Assembly: GCA_043821645.1 (NCBI GenBank) | Contig: JBDRCO010000101.1 | Span: 1 to 64,000, forward strand | Origin: Pseudomonadota bacterium | Lineage (GTDB): Bacteria; Myxococcota; JACRCW01; JAFGSX01 | DNA: 64,000 nt | Direction: 5' to 3' | Part shown: piece by piece, positions 38,631 through 49,044 of the stretch | How the letters are laid out: every line of letters starts with the position of its first letter | Numbering within the stretch: the stretch's first letter is position 1 | Translations under genes and position numbers: made by a program | Notes under the pieces: model-generated | Database searches by the model: none | What the model was told of the DNA's origin: nothing | What the model saw: only the letters and a program-made list of their open reading frames with translations

Positions 38631-39935
38631 ATGTGGACACGAGGCCTGGTCCTGGCTGGCAGTGCCGGCGCCGGGCTGGCCGCGCTGGTGCTGGTGCTGC
38701 TTCGCGTGGTCTGTGCCGAGACCACGGGCCCCCTGTGTGGTGGTCTGGCTGCGGGCCCACCCTGGCTCTTCCTGTGGCTGGTCGCGGTGACACCTGCGGG
38801 ACTGGTGCTGTGGGTGCACGCTCACCGGCTGCGTGCCCGGGCCCTCGCGCTGCAGGCCGATCAGCTGGCACTGGAGAGAGAGCGCCTGCAGCTCGCACAG
38901 CAGGGGGAACAGCGTGCTCGCCAGGCACAGCTGCTCATGGACGACGAGCGCCGATCCGCGACGAGCACGTCAGGCGAGCGGGAAGCGGCCGAGCGCTTCG
39001 CGGCGAGCGTGGCCTTGCTCGGAACCGACAAGGTGGAGGCGCGCCTTGGCGCCATTTATGCCCTGGAGCTGGTCGCTCAGGACAGCGCGCGCTTCTGCGC
39101 CGTGGTGGTCGAGACCCTGGCGGCCTTCGTGCGGCAGGCTGCGCCGTTGCCGCTGACCCGCGATGGTGGGCTGACGCGCGCAGCCGAGCGACCCGGCGAG
39201 GACGTGTCCGCGGCCCTGGCCGTGCTCGGACGTCTCCCCCGGGCTGTCCGCAGCGGAGGGAGCGGAGTGGATCTGTCCTGCACCAACCTGCGCCGTGCCA
39301 GCCTGGCCGGCGGCAACTTTGCCGGTTTCAATTTCAAACGCGCCCTTCTTCGCTGTGCAGATCTCGAAGGCGCAGACCTGCACGGGGCCAACCTGTCTTA
39401 CGCCGAACTATCGGGCGATCTGCGCGAGACCGACCTGGACAAGATCGATCGCTTCGACCCGCGCTGGGTGGGGGCGAGCCTGCGCGGGGTGGATCTGCGC
39501 GGGGCTGACCTGAGCCACGCGGACCTGCGCGGGGCGCGCCTGGGAGAAGCTCGCCTGGGCCTTCTCGACGAGGCCGATGCGGGCAGCGGCGCCGAACTCT
39601 ACGATGCGGACCTGCGCTGGGCCGATCTGAGCAAGGCCGACCTCGCCGGGGCGCGGCTCATGGCCGCCAAGCTCCGCAGCGCCAACCTGAGCGAGGCCAG
39701 CCTGCAGCGCGCCAATCTGAGCAAGGCGGTGCTCGTCGACGCCAACCTGCAGCGCTGTGATCTGCTCGAAGCCAACCTGACCCGGGCCGACCTGACCGGG
39801 GCTCGACTGCGCGGGGTCGCGGGCCTGCTGGCCAAGCAGCTCGAGTCCGCCAGCAGCTACGCCCGGGCCGAGCTCGACGACAGCTTGGCCCAGCGCCTCA
39901 AGGACCGCCTCCCCACGCCCGCCGAGCCCGGTTGA
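38631..39935 (+). CDS. Membrane-anchored pentapeptide-repeat protein
   Basis: Two N-terminal TMs, ERFAASVALLG..RLGAIYALE, many ADL/ANL pentapeptides. Confidence 0.9.
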   Translation: MWTRGLVLAGSAGAGLAALVLVLLRVVCAETTGPLCGGLAAGPPWLFLWLVAVTPAGLVLWVHAHRLRARALALQADQLALERERLQLAQQGEQRARQAQLLMDDERRSATSTSGEREAAERFAASVALLGTDKVEARLGAIYALELVAQDSARFCAVVVETLAAFVRQAAPLPLTRDGGLTRAAERPGEDVSAALAVLGRLPRAVRSGGSGVDLSCTNLRRASLAGGNFAGFNFKRALLRCADLEGADLHGANLSYAELSGDLRETDLDKIDRFDPRWVGASLRGVDLRGADLSHADLRGARLGEARLGLLDEADAGSGAELYDADLRWADLSKADLAGARLMAAKLRSANLSEASLQRANLSKAVLVDANLQRCDLLEANLTRADLTGARLRGVAGLLAKQLESASSYARAELDDSLAQRLKDRLPTPAEPG

Positions 39936-40116
39936 ATCGACCGAAATCCCGGCTTGTCGACGTGGCGAGTGCCTGGTCTCTCGACCAGGCCGGGGAGGGC
40001 GTGTCGTGGAGCCCAAAAAAAACGAAGCGAGGCGGTGAAGACCGAAGCGAGCACATCGGTCACAGCAAGAGGTTCCTGCGCCGCAGTCGGTGGATGTTCC
40101 CACCAGGCACCGGGGT

Positions 40117-41172
40117 TCAGGGGCGCGGCTCGTCTGTTCCCGGGTCCGCGGGCTCCAGGTCTTCGCAGCCGAGCAGGACCGGGGTGCCGTCGAGGGTGTA
40201 GCTGTCCTGGCACAGCTCAACCTCACCCTCGAACAGCGTGCAGTTCACCACCTCGGCCTCGGCCATGCAGTCGTAGGACCAGGTGCCGTCGCTGCAGTGC
40301 TGCCACACCAGGTTGTCCGAGCCATCGAACAGGACCTCGCACTGGGTCTCGCCATCGTCGTAGAGACACAGCGCGCCGCCATCGTCCTGTGGCGTGCATG
40401 ACTGCATGACGTCATCAGGGATGTTCTCCTCGCCACGATCATCAGGCTCGTCGACGTAGGCCTCGCAGCCGAGATCGAGGGGCTCCCCTTCCGGGGTGTA
40501 GCTGTCCTGACACAGCAGTTCGCCGTCGACCACCAGATCGCACAGGATGACGCCCTGCTGCGCCAGGCAGTCGTAATTCCAGCTGCCGTCGCTGCACTGC
40601 TGGCTCAGGAAGCTGTCGTCGGGGGCGAACCACACTTCGCACTGCACGACGCCATCGTCATACAGGCAGAGGGTGGTGCCGTCGCTCTGCGGTTCGCAGT
40701 TCTCCACCGGATCCAGGATGTCATCGTCGCAGGTGCTCGAGGAGAGCTGGTACTCCAGATCATAGGTGTCGACGCAACTGCCGCGTTCGCTGGTCAGGGT
40801 GCAGGTGATCTGCGCACCGCCGTTGAGGCAACTGTACTGGCCCCAGGGTCCACTGCACTCCTGAGCGAGCAGCAGCTCATCCGCGTCGACGGTGTAGCTG
40901 CACAGGGTGCCGGCGCCGTCGTCCCACAGGCAGTCCCAGCCTCCGCCGTCCCGCGCTGTGCACTCCTCGCCACTGCCTGCTGCATCCTCCGTGGTGTCGC
41001 CCTCGCCGCCGACCCCGAAGCGGCTGGTCCCGATCGGAGCGATCCCAGGAGCGGCCACGCCTGGCCCCACCGTTCCGTCGTCGCCGGTGGGATCGCACGC
41101 GGGCATGCACAGCACCATGCCCGCGATGGGTAGCAAGGTGAGTGCGGAGAACACAGGTCGAGTCTGGGTCAT
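40117..41172 (-). CDS. Acidic Cys-rich lipoprotein with three ~75-aa repeats
   Basis: Lipobox-like MPAC; repeats C.P..DG..LCLYDDG..QCEV.F....QxCSDG.W.YDC; GAGGAG RBS. Confidence 0.8.
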   Translation of the reverse strand: MTQTRPVFSALTLLPIAGMVLCMPACDPTGDDGTVGPGVAAPGIAPIGTSRFGVGGEGDTTEDAAGSGEECTARDGGGWDCLWDDGAGTLCSYTVDADELLLAQECSGPWGQYSCLNGGAQITCTLTSERGSCVDTYDLEYQLSSSTCDDDILDPVENCEPQSDGTTLCLYDDGVVQCEVWFAPDDSFLSQQCSDGSWNYDCLAQQGVILCDLVVDGELLCQDSYTPEGEPLDLGCEAYVDEPDDRGEENIPDDVMQSCTPQDDGGALCLYDDGETQCEVLFDGSDNLVWQHCSDGTWSYDCMAEAEVVNCTLFEGEVELCQDSYTLDGTPVLLGCEDLEPADPGTDEPRP

Positions 41173-41403
41173 GGCGGACTCCTCGGCAGACCTCGATGGA
41201 GGTCAAGGTTCGACGCCGGCAACAGATCGCGGTGTGTGCAATCTGCGCCCCTGCGCCACGGGGTCTCGTGCTGTGCACCCCCCCGACCCGGGCGGGCACG
41301 TTGTTGCCTTGATAGTGCGCCGCGCAGGTGCGGGTGTTCACGCTGCGCGTGCTCAGAGGTCTTTTTTTTCTGGCAGACGGGCTCTGTCAGGTCCGATCGA
41401 GGC

Positions 41404-42195
41404 TCAGGACCGCGACCAGGGCGCCTCTGGCAGGCCCTCGATCAGCGCCTCGGCCTGCGCCACGATGCTGTCCACCATGGCCTGGCCGTAGGGCAGGGAA
41501 GCCCGGCGCGCGTCGCCCATGCACCCATTGCGGGTGAGCTGATCAAAGGGCAGCGGGATATCGAGGGCCTTGCGCCGGACCAGGGGCACCACGAGATCCC
41601 GCAGCGTGTGCAGGGGTCCTGGCTCCATGGCAGCCAGGGCCTCGCTGCGCACCAGTTTTGGCTGCAGCACCATGGCCAGGCTGACCTCCATGCCGCAAGC
41701 ATGTCCACCTTGTCCGCTGTCGTCGAAGCGCCGATCGATCTCGGGATCGTACATGTTGTAGTACGTGCAGACAGCCACCAGGTCGGGGTTCAGCTCGCGC
41801 TGGATCGACGTGCAGGCGGCGTTGAGGGTGCCGATGTTGCCGCCGTGGCCGTTGACCAGCAGAAAGCGACGCAGCCCGTGGTGCATCAAGGAGGCGATGA
41901 CGTCGTGCACCAGCGCCTGCAAGGTCGACTCGCGAAGGGTCACGGTGCCTGGAAAACCCATGTGATGGGGTGAGATCCCGAAGGGGATGGCGGGCGTGAC
42001 CAGCAGGCGTGGCCGCAAGTTGTTCTCGAGGCGCAGGCAGACCGCTCGCGCCAGGTCCGCGTCACAGGCCAGTTCGAGGTTGGGGCCGTGTTGCTCGCAG
42101 GAGCCCACCGGGATCAGCACCAGTTCCACCTTGGGCAGGATGTCCTGGATCTCGGGCCAGGTCAGGCGCTCGAGCAGCGCCGGGCGATCGGACAT
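41404..42195 (-). CDS. Creatininase/creatinine amidohydrolase family protein
   Basis: PVGSCEQHGP, GISPHHMGFPGT, NGHGGN, GHACGMEVS. Confidence 0.92.
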   Translation of the reverse strand: MSDRPALLERLTWPEIQDILPKVELVLIPVGSCEQHGPNLELACDADLARAVCLRLENNLRPRLLVTPAIPFGISPHHMGFPGTVTLRESTLQALVHDVIASLMHHGLRRFLLVNGHGGNIGTLNAACTSIQRELNPDLVAVCTYYNMYDPEIDRRFDDSGQGGHACGMEVSLAMVLQPKLVRSEALAAMEPGPLHTLRDLVVPLVRRKALDIPLPFDQLTRNGCMGDARRASLPYGQAMVDSIVAQAEALIEGLPEAPWSRS

Positions 42196-42249
42196 GTTTC
42201 ACCTCCGGTTCGCGGGTATGGCCGAGGTCGACAAGAAGCGCCCCGACCG

Positions 42250-42948
42250 TCACAGGAATTCGTACAGCGGGATCAGCGCCACGCCGGCCATGGCGGGGAT
42301 GCGCGCCTGGAGCCCGACCGAGAGGGACCACACCTGGCCGCGCTCCAGCACTTGCCACGAGCCTCCCGCGACCACGCCCACTCCCACCTCGCCCCAGGCC
42401 CAGCCAAACAGCGCGCCGTCCTCGGAGGCCTCGGCCACGGGCTCGGCGTCGTCGAGAAAAGTGGTCCAGTCCAGGGCCAGAGACAGGCTACCTCCACCGC
42501 CACCAGCGAGTCCGGCATCCGCCACAGGCAACAGCAGGTCGGCGCTGGCGAGCACGCCCAGGCGCAGTCCGTCGCTGTCCAGGCGCCGGATCCAGGGGTA
42601 GTAGCCGAACTCGACAAAGGCTCCGTGTCTCGGCAGCTGTGCACTGAAGGGATCTGGATAGCGCAGCAGGTATCCCAGGCCGAGTTCGTAGGGCCTGTCC
42701 CTGAAAGAGCGCAGGGCTTGCAACGGATTCACCGCGGCACGCAGTTCGAGGTCAGGGTGCCCCGGGTGGTTCAGCTGCTTCTGTCCCGGGGCCTGCCAGG
42801 CCACAGGCATGCTCGCGCTCACACTCAGGCGACCGGGCGGAGCGACCATGGGTATGGGCACGCAGGCCTCGAACAGCAGGGCGCAGGCGGCCACAGCGAC
42901 GGCTGCCATATGGTGCAAGACAGGACGGTGGCACAGCATGGCACCCAT
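42250..42948 (-). CDS. Hypothetical lipoprotein/outer-membrane protein
   Basis: Hydrophobic leader ending FEAC; amphipathic beta-strand pattern. Start uncertain. Confidence 0.6.
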   Translation of the reverse strand: MGAMLCHRPVLHHMAAVAVAACALLFEACVPIPMVAPPGRLSVSASMPVAWQAPGQKQLNHPGHPDLELRAAVNPLQALRSFRDRPYELGLGYLLRYPDPFSAQLPRHGAFVEFGYYPWIRRLDSDGLRLGVLASADLLLPVADAGLAGGGGGSLSLALDWTTFLDDAEPVAEASEDGALFGWAWGEVGVGVVAGGSWQVLERGQVWSLSVGLQARIPAMAGVALIPLYEFL

Positions 42949-43064
42949 GCTAACCCCGGCTGGTCCCGGACCAAAGTGCAGCTCGTCACTCGACGCTCGT
43001 GGGTGTCGGCACTATGTTGAGCCCGGTCCTCGGGACTTCGCGAGATCTCAGCCAGGGAGAAACC

Positions 43065-43982
43065 ATGTCACTCGTCGCACTTTTCATGGGCAAGGGCCCC
43101 AATGGCTTTGGAAATGGGAGCACGGCCGAGGAGGTGACCGAGGGCCTGGATCTGAGCGGCAAGACCTACCTGCTCACAGGCTGCAACTCGGGCATCGGCC
43201 TCGAGAGCCTGCGCGTGCTAGGCCTGCGCGGTGCACACGTCATCGCCGCGGCGCGAACCGAGGACAAGGCACGTGCTGCCCTCGAGCAGACTGGGACCGC
43301 GGGCACGCCTGTGGCCTGTGAGCTGTCCGAGCCTGCGTCAGTGAGGGCTGCGGTGGAGCAGGTGCGCGCCCTGCGGCGGCCCCTCGACGCCATTCTGTGC
43401 AATGCGGGTATCATGGCCTTGCCCAAGCGCGAGCTGCAGCACGGCTACGAGGCGCAGTTCTTCACCAACCACATCGGTCACTTCATCCTGGTGACCGGGC
43501 TCCTCGATCAGCTCACCAGCGACGGACGCGTCGTCATGGTCAGCAGCTCGGCGCACCGGACGGCACCGGCCCAGGGCATCGAGTTCGACAATCTCGACGC
43601 CAGCAAGAGCTATGGCGCCTTCCGCAACTACGGACAGGCCAAGCTGGCCAACCTGCTGTTTGCCCGGCAGCTGGCTCGCAGGTTCCAGGGCAGCGGGCGA
43701 ACCGCCTTCGCGGTGCATCCTGGGGTCATCCCGACCAACCTCGCGCGGCACATGAATCCGGTCGCGGCAGTGGGCATGGCCGTGGTGGCTCCCTTGTTCA
43801 TGAAGTCGGCAGCCCAGGGTGCTGCCACCCAGATCTACGTCGCCACGGGCAGCGTGGACCCGAGCCAATCTGGCAGTTACTTCGCGGACTGCAATCCGGC
43901 CAGGCCAGCGCGCCAGGGGCAGGACGATGCCCTGGCGGAGAAGCTGTGGCAGGTGAGCGAGCAGATCGCGGCGAGCGTGTAG
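43065..43982 (+). CDS. SDR oxidoreductase (retinol dehydrogenase/WWOX-like)
   Basis: TGCNSGIG, CNAGIM, TNHIGHF, VSSSAH, YGQAK, VHPGVI. Confidence 0.93.
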   Translation: MSLVALFMGKGPNGFGNGSTAEEVTEGLDLSGKTYLLTGCNSGIGLESLRVLGLRGAHVIAAARTEDKARAALEQTGTAGTPVACELSEPASVRAAVEQVRALRRPLDAILCNAGIMALPKRELQHGYEAQFFTNHIGHFILVTGLLDQLTSDGRVVMVSSSAHRTAPAQGIEFDNLDASKSYGAFRNYGQAKLANLLFARQLARRFQGSGRTAFAVHPGVIPTNLARHMNPVAAVGMAVVAPLFMKSAAQGAATQIYVATGSVDPSQSGSYFADCNPARPARQGQDDALAEKLWQVSEQIAASV

Positions 43983-43986
43983 CGGT

Positions 43987-44895
43987 TCAACTCAGGACGC
44001 GATTCCAGGCCAGAACCGAGACCAGAGCGGCAAGTTGCGCTGCCAGGGCAGCACGATCGATGTCCAGCGGGCAGTTCAGGCGAGCGGCCTCGGCCACGGC
44101 GATCAGTTCCTGGTAGAAGCCTCTCAGCGCGTGGGTGGCATGCCGGCGCTGCGAGGGGTCTGACCACAGGTCCACGGCGTCGACGACATCGTCGCGCAGC
44201 TCGGTGAGCACCTCGTGCAGGGGGCAGCGCGGCCCGGTAGCGCGGCGTCCGCGCAGGGCACGATCGACCATGATGAGCAAATCGTCGCGGTCGTGGCGCG
44301 CTGACTGCCAGCCTCCATCACGGCTGAGCTGCAGGTACTCTGGGGTCAGCACCCAGGCTGGCTTTCGTCCATTGCGTCCGATGAGGATGGCAAAGAACTG
44401 CGCGGGCTCGAGCTCGGTCTCGCCCTCCACGGCGTGGCTGCTGCGAGCCGGATCGTTCCAGCAGCGCCGGCGCAGATGCTGAACGGTCCACTCCGAGAAG
44501 CAGCGCTTGCGGTCCAGGCTATCCATGATCACGAACTTGTCGTCGCGGTGCGCGAGGACCGCGATCCAGTGCTCGAAGTGTCGGGTGAGCACGAGCGCGG
44601 GCAGCTGCTTGTCCAGGTGCTCGGCCAGCTCGGCCGCCCAGCGGCCACCCCAGGATCGTCGCGTCTGCTTGAGCTCGCGGCTTCCCACATCATAGTGGCG
44701 CGCCGCGCGTTGCAGGTCGTGCTCGTCGACGCCCCGGAACTCGCGATCGCTGCGCCACGGGTGTCCGGTGGCGCGTGCCACCTGCTGTGCCGAGGCCTCA
44801 ATGCCCAGGACCCGCAGGCAGGTTGCCAGTGCGGTGGGGCCACAGCCATTGGTCAGCTGGTACTCGGACAGGTGATCAAAAGGTTCACTGGCCAC
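43987..44895 (-). CDS. Stand-alone C39-like (papain-fold) cysteine peptidase
   Basis: YQLTNGCGPTALA (Gln..Cys), EHWIAV (His), IMDS (Asp); GTG start. Confidence 0.7.
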   Translation of the reverse strand: MASEPFDHLSEYQLTNGCGPTALATCLRVLGIEASAQQVARATGHPWRSDREFRGVDEHDLQRAARHYDVGSRELKQTRRSWGGRWAAELAEHLDKQLPALVLTRHFEHWIAVLAHRDDKFVIMDSLDRKRCFSEWTVQHLRRRCWNDPARSSHAVEGETELEPAQFFAILIGRNGRKPAWVLTPEYLQLSRDGGWQSARHDRDDLLIMVDRALRGRRATGPRCPLHEVLTELRDDVVDAVDLWSDPSQRRHATHALRGFYQELIAVAEAARLNCPLDIDRAALAAQLAALVSVLAWNRVLS

Positions 44896-45269
44896 GACGC
44901 TCTACCTGTTCAGTGTCGGGAGCACGGTGTGCACCCGCACTCGACCATCCAAAAATGAGACGGGCGCCGCGTCCGGGCCCTGGCCTGGGCGCTAGTGCTC
45001 CCACTTCCTGTGCGCGACGTCGAGCAACTTTTGGACAGGTCGTTGCATCCCTGTCATGGCTGGCCCAGATCCGTTCTTTCGGGGCCAGCAGGCTCGAGTC
45101 GAGGCGCCCATACCAGGTCTGGAAGAATGTAGTAACCATACAGAATAAAAGGAGAATACTTAGTTTCTTGTGACATCACTCCTGGCTTCTTGGCGGAGCA
45201 GGGCAGAAATCAAGTTGCGTCCAGATATTGTCTCAATAAATAAGGACAACACCCGGACAGGAGTGAAGC

Positions 45270-46031
45270 ATGACCACCACCAACTTTCGTCGACCCATCG
45301 TCCTGGCCCTGGCGGCTGTCGCCGGTGTGGTCGCGTGGAGGCCTGCCATGGCCATCGAGGAACCCCGCTACACCGTCCTGCAGAGCAGCGATCAGTTCGA
45401 GATCCGGCGCTATAGCCCCTACGTGGTCGCCGAGGTCGAGGTCCAGGGAGATTTCGAGGAGGCGGGCAGCCGCGGCTTTGGCCCCCTGGCCGACTACATC
45501 TTTGGCAACAACGTGGCCAACCAGGACACCGAGGTGCCAGGCTCGGGGAGGGCTGAGGGTCCCGGCGAACGCCTGGCCATGACCTCGCCGGTGCTGCAGC
45601 AAGAACGCGACGGTGAGAAGATCGAAATGACAGCGCCTGTCATGCAGCAGGACGTTCCGGGAAGGCGCCTGGTCCGCTTCGTCATGCCGGGCAGCCGCAG
45701 CCTGGCGACCCTTCCGACACCACGAAACCCACGCGTGCAGCTGCTCCAGGTGCCGGGAGACACCTACGCCGTGATCCGCTACAGCGGGCGCTGGACCGCA
45801 GATAACTACAACAAGCACCTGGACGAATTGAGACGGGAGATCCGCGCCCGCGGTTTCGAGGAGACAGGGACAGCGCAGTGGGCGCGTTACAATGCTCCCT
45901 ACACACCGTGGTTTCTACGACGCAACGAGATCCTGGTGCCGGTGCGCTCACCGGCCAGCGGAAAAGCGACCCTGTCGCGCCCTGCGCCGCAGGCTCTCGA
46001 CGCGATAAGCGCTGAACGCAGCGACGGTTGA
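45270..46031 (+). CDS. SOUL heme-binding protein
   Basis: IEEPRYTV, FEIRRY, LADYIFGNN, IEMTAPV, FVMP, ARYNAPYTPWFLRRNEI. Confidence 0.93.
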   Translation: MTTTNFRRPIVLALAAVAGVVAWRPAMAIEEPRYTVLQSSDQFEIRRYSPYVVAEVEVQGDFEEAGSRGFGPLADYIFGNNVANQDTEVPGSGRAEGPGERLAMTSPVLQQERDGEKIEMTAPVMQQDVPGRRLVRFVMPGSRSLATLPTPRNPRVQLLQVPGDTYAVIRYSGRWTADNYNKHLDELRREIRARGFEETGTAQWARYNAPYTPWFLRRNEILVPVRSPASGKATLSRPAPQALDAISAERSDG

Positions 46032-46257
46032 GTCGCGGAGCTCGACTAAGCGCCCATCAAGAGGAGACCCGGATCCGTCTCGAAGGTCCCCGCTGCTGCC
46101 TCATCCGTTCGCGGACAAACTCCATTTTTTTGCCTGCCTCTGCTGGGCCAGGAGCAAGCCACGTCCGCGCATGCCATGGCGGCTTGGCCCGGACAGGAGC
46201 CGGGACTAGACTGGATGCGCGTTCCCTGGTGACCTGACGAGGAGTGTGGCCTCACGC

Positions 46258-49029
46258 ATGAAAACCTGTCCTGGCTGCGGGGCCTGCTTCGAGGACCTCG
46301 ACGACCACTGTGCCTTCGACGGCGGCATCCTGGACGAGGTGTTTCCGGGCTCGCGAGCGCTGGCGGCACGTTACCTGCTCGAGCAGCGCGTGGCCGAGGG
46401 CGCCATGGGAGCGGTGTTCCGGGCGGTCCACCTGCAGATCGGTTCCACGGTCGCGGTCAAGCTGATGCAGCCGCGCAAGGATGAGCTGCAGGTGGGGCTC
46501 GCCAGGTTTCATCGCGAGGCGCAGATCCTGGGTCAGATCAAGCACCCCAACGCCGTGCTGGTCATGGACTTCGGGGTCGAAGAGCGCGAGGGCCAGAGCG
46601 TTCCATACCTGGTCACCGAGTTCCTTCGTGGCGAGTCCCTGTCCGAGCTGCTGCAGCGCAAGCATACCCTGACGCTCGAGGAGGCCGAGCGCATCATCAC
46701 ACCGCTGTGCGAGGCGGTGGAGGAAGCGCACCAGGCTGGCGTCATTCACCGCGACATCAAGCCCAGCAACCTGTTCCTCGAGCGCCTGCGGGATGGCAGC
46801 GAGGTGGTCAAGGTTCTCGACTTCGGCATCGCCAAGTTCGTCGAGGTGGCGCCCGGTTTCATGCAGCAGCTGGCCCGGGACGGCCAGGGCGCACCGGTGT
46901 CCGCGACCGAGCTCGACCTGTTCGACGAGGTCGCCGCGGTGCAGACCGGCGAGCACACCGTGCCCCTTCGCCCGGTGCGCAGCGCGAGCGCCCTGGAGGG
47001 TCCGCGCAGCGACACCATCACCGAGGCGGGCTTCATGGTCGGCACCATCCCGTACATGGCGCCAGAACAGATGACCGGCGAGCGCGTGTCGCGACAGAGT
47101 GACGTCTTTGCCATTGCCAGCTTGTTGTTTCGACTGCTGGTGGGCCGGCTGCCCTTCACCGGGACCGATGACGAGGTCATTGCCGCCAAGCTGCAGGGAC
47201 CGAGACCCCGGCTGCGCGACTTGCTGGGCGGTATCCCCGTGGCGCTTGACGAGGTCGTTTTTGCGGGCCTGGCCCTTCACCCGGGTGACCGGCCGGGGAG
47301 CGCCCTCGAACTTTCGCGCGCCCTGCGTGACGCCACGGCCACATCTCGCGAGGCCACCGACGATCCCACCCTCCATCTGGCCCTGCAGCTGCACAGCCTG
47401 TCGCGAACGGTCGAGAGAATCACCGAGGCTGCACGCGTGCTCGCCAGCGACAGTGACGTCGAGGGCAGCTACCAGCTGTTGCGCGATCGCATCCTGGGCA
47501 TCGACCGGCCACTGGCACGTGCCCAGCAACTGACCGAGCGTCTGCCGGCCCGGATCGACGGCGAGGCGGCGCTCTCCCTGCGCGAGGAGCTACAGGGTTT
47601 CGAGGACAGCCTGGAACCGGTGACCCGGGCACTGCGAGGCGTCGAGCAGGCGCGCAGCGACGAGCGCATGGGCTACCTGTCCGCCCTGTGGTCGCGACTG
47701 CTGCGGCATGCAAGCCGGATGCTGGGGCGCGTGGCCGAGCTGACCGTGCCGACGGAGTTTGAACTCCTGGCGACCACCCGGCCCCACAATCCCTTCGTGG
47801 TTGACGACGAGGAGCCAACCACGGCCCTCGAGGCGCTGGCGACCGCCCTGCTGCAAGAGGATTCCCTGGACCGAACCGAGGCATTCGAATCCCTCATCAC
47901 CGAGCATGCGGTCCGGCTGCAGTCCATGCTGGCTCTGGGCGCTCAGCGCAGCACACCGCTGATCGAGCGGCTGGTCGGGGGCCTGTGGCACCAGGCCGAC
48001 TTGCTGATGTTGATGGAATTGTTTCCGCGTAGCCGCGGCGTTCGTCTGTTGCCCCTCCTCACGGCCTCGCGCGCGGTGCACGCAGCACGGCCCTTCGTGG
48101 TCCTGGCGAGCATTTACACTGGCCAGCAGCAGGGTGACACCACCGCCCATGCCAACGTGGAGGTGGCCGTCAATAGCCTGCCTTCTGCCGCCGACAGGGC
48201 GGTGCTGTGGCGCTGCCTGCTGGCGCACCCCCTGGCTGCGATCCGCGACAAGGCGGCGCAGGAGACCGGACCTGGCGAGTTCTGGGATGTTGTGGTGTAC
48301 GAGCGCACGCCGCTGTGGACCCTGCGCGCCATCTTCGATCGCGTCCGCGAAGAGGCGCCAGCCGAGTACCTCAAGATCTTCTTCCTGTGCGTTCGCGACC
48401 GCCTGTCCGCGGTGCTCGATGCCGACGACGTGCACGAGGCCTTCGGCCTGCTGCAGCGCTTCTTCACCGTGCCGTGTTTTCACGAGGATGTCGTGTTCGA
48501 GCCTCTCCTCGACCTCGATCGCGTCCTGCGCGAGCGAGCCCGGGCTGCCGGTACCTCCGTGCCGGATCAGACCGGCTATGACGAGATGCTGGCGGATTTC
48601 ACCGCCCACGGCGCCGTCGTGAGCCAGAAGCTGGAGCAGATGCGCCACATCCCGTTGCCCATCCAGCGCAAGCTCGCTCGCCAGGGCCACTTCTTGCTGC
48701 ACTTCATCAGCCACAACAACGAGCGCGTGGCGCGGGAGACCCTTCCTCATCTGCTCAGGCTCGACGATGTCACGCCCTACCTGCGTATTCCCACCATCCA
48801 CCGTGCGGTGCTGCTGGAACTGTCGCGGCACCGTCGCTTTTTTCGCAAGGCGTCGGCTCGCCTGGCCCTGCTGCAGAATCCCAAGACACCGGCCCAGGTC
48901 GCGCGCAACTTCGTCCCGCTGGTCGGGCACGAGCAGGTGCGCCTGCTCGCGAGCAACCGCCACGTTGGTGCGGATGTCCGGGCCTTGGCGCGGCTCTATC
49001 TCGAACGCTTGAAGCGTGGCGAGCAATAG
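46258..49029 (+). CDS. Hanks-type Ser/Thr protein kinase with long soluble helical C-terminus
   Basis: EGAMGAVF, VAVK, HRDIKPSN, DFGIAK, GTIPYMAPEQ, SDVF; N-terminal CPGC..CAFDG knuckle. Confidence 0.93.
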   Translation: MKTCPGCGACFEDLDDHCAFDGGILDEVFPGSRALAARYLLEQRVAEGAMGAVFRAVHLQIGSTVAVKLMQPRKDELQVGLARFHREAQILGQIKHPNAVLVMDFGVEEREGQSVPYLVTEFLRGESLSELLQRKHTLTLEEAERIITPLCEAVEEAHQAGVIHRDIKPSNLFLERLRDGSEVVKVLDFGIAKFVEVAPGFMQQLARDGQGAPVSATELDLFDEVAAVQTGEHTVPLRPVRSASALEGPRSDTITEAGFMVGTIPYMAPEQMTGERVSRQSDVFAIASLLFRLLVGRLPFTGTDDEVIAAKLQGPRPRLRDLLGGIPVALDEVVFAGLALHPGDRPGSALELSRALRDATATSREATDDPTLHLALQLHSLSRTVERITEAARVLASDSDVEGSYQLLRDRILGIDRPLARAQQLTERLPARIDGEAALSLREELQGFEDSLEPVTRALRGVEQARSDERMGYLSALWSRLLRHASRMLGRVAELTVPTEFELLATTRPHNPFVVDDEEPTTALEALATALLQEDSLDRTEAFESLITEHAVRLQSMLALGAQRSTPLIERLVGGLWHQADLLMLMELFPRSRGVRLLPLLTASRAVHAARPFVVLASIYTGQQQGDTTAHANVEVAVNSLPSAADRAVLWRCLLAHPLAAIRDKAAQETGPGEFWDVVVYERTPLWTLRAIFDRVREEAPAEYLKIFFLCVRDRLSAVLDADDVHEAFGLLQRFFTVPCFHEDVVFEPLLDLDRVLRERARAAGTSVPDQTGYDEMLADFTAHGAVVSQKLEQMRHIPLPIQRKLARQGHFLLHFISHNNERVARETLPHLLRLDDVTPYLRIPTIHRAVLLELSRHRRFFRKASARLALLQNPKTPAQVARNFVPLVGHEQVRLLASNRHVGADVRALARLYLERLKRGEQ

Positions 49030-49044
49030 CGTTCTGATAAGGGG

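Noticed and set aside
41294-41307. sigma54-like GGGCACGTTGTTGC
   Set aside because: GG-to-GC spacing is 9 rather than 10 nt, and it faces no plus-strand gene.
43987-44895. C39-like peptidase as the RiPP leader peptidase
   Set aside because: It lies about 38 kb away, the leaders have no double-Gly site, and the locus has its own protease.
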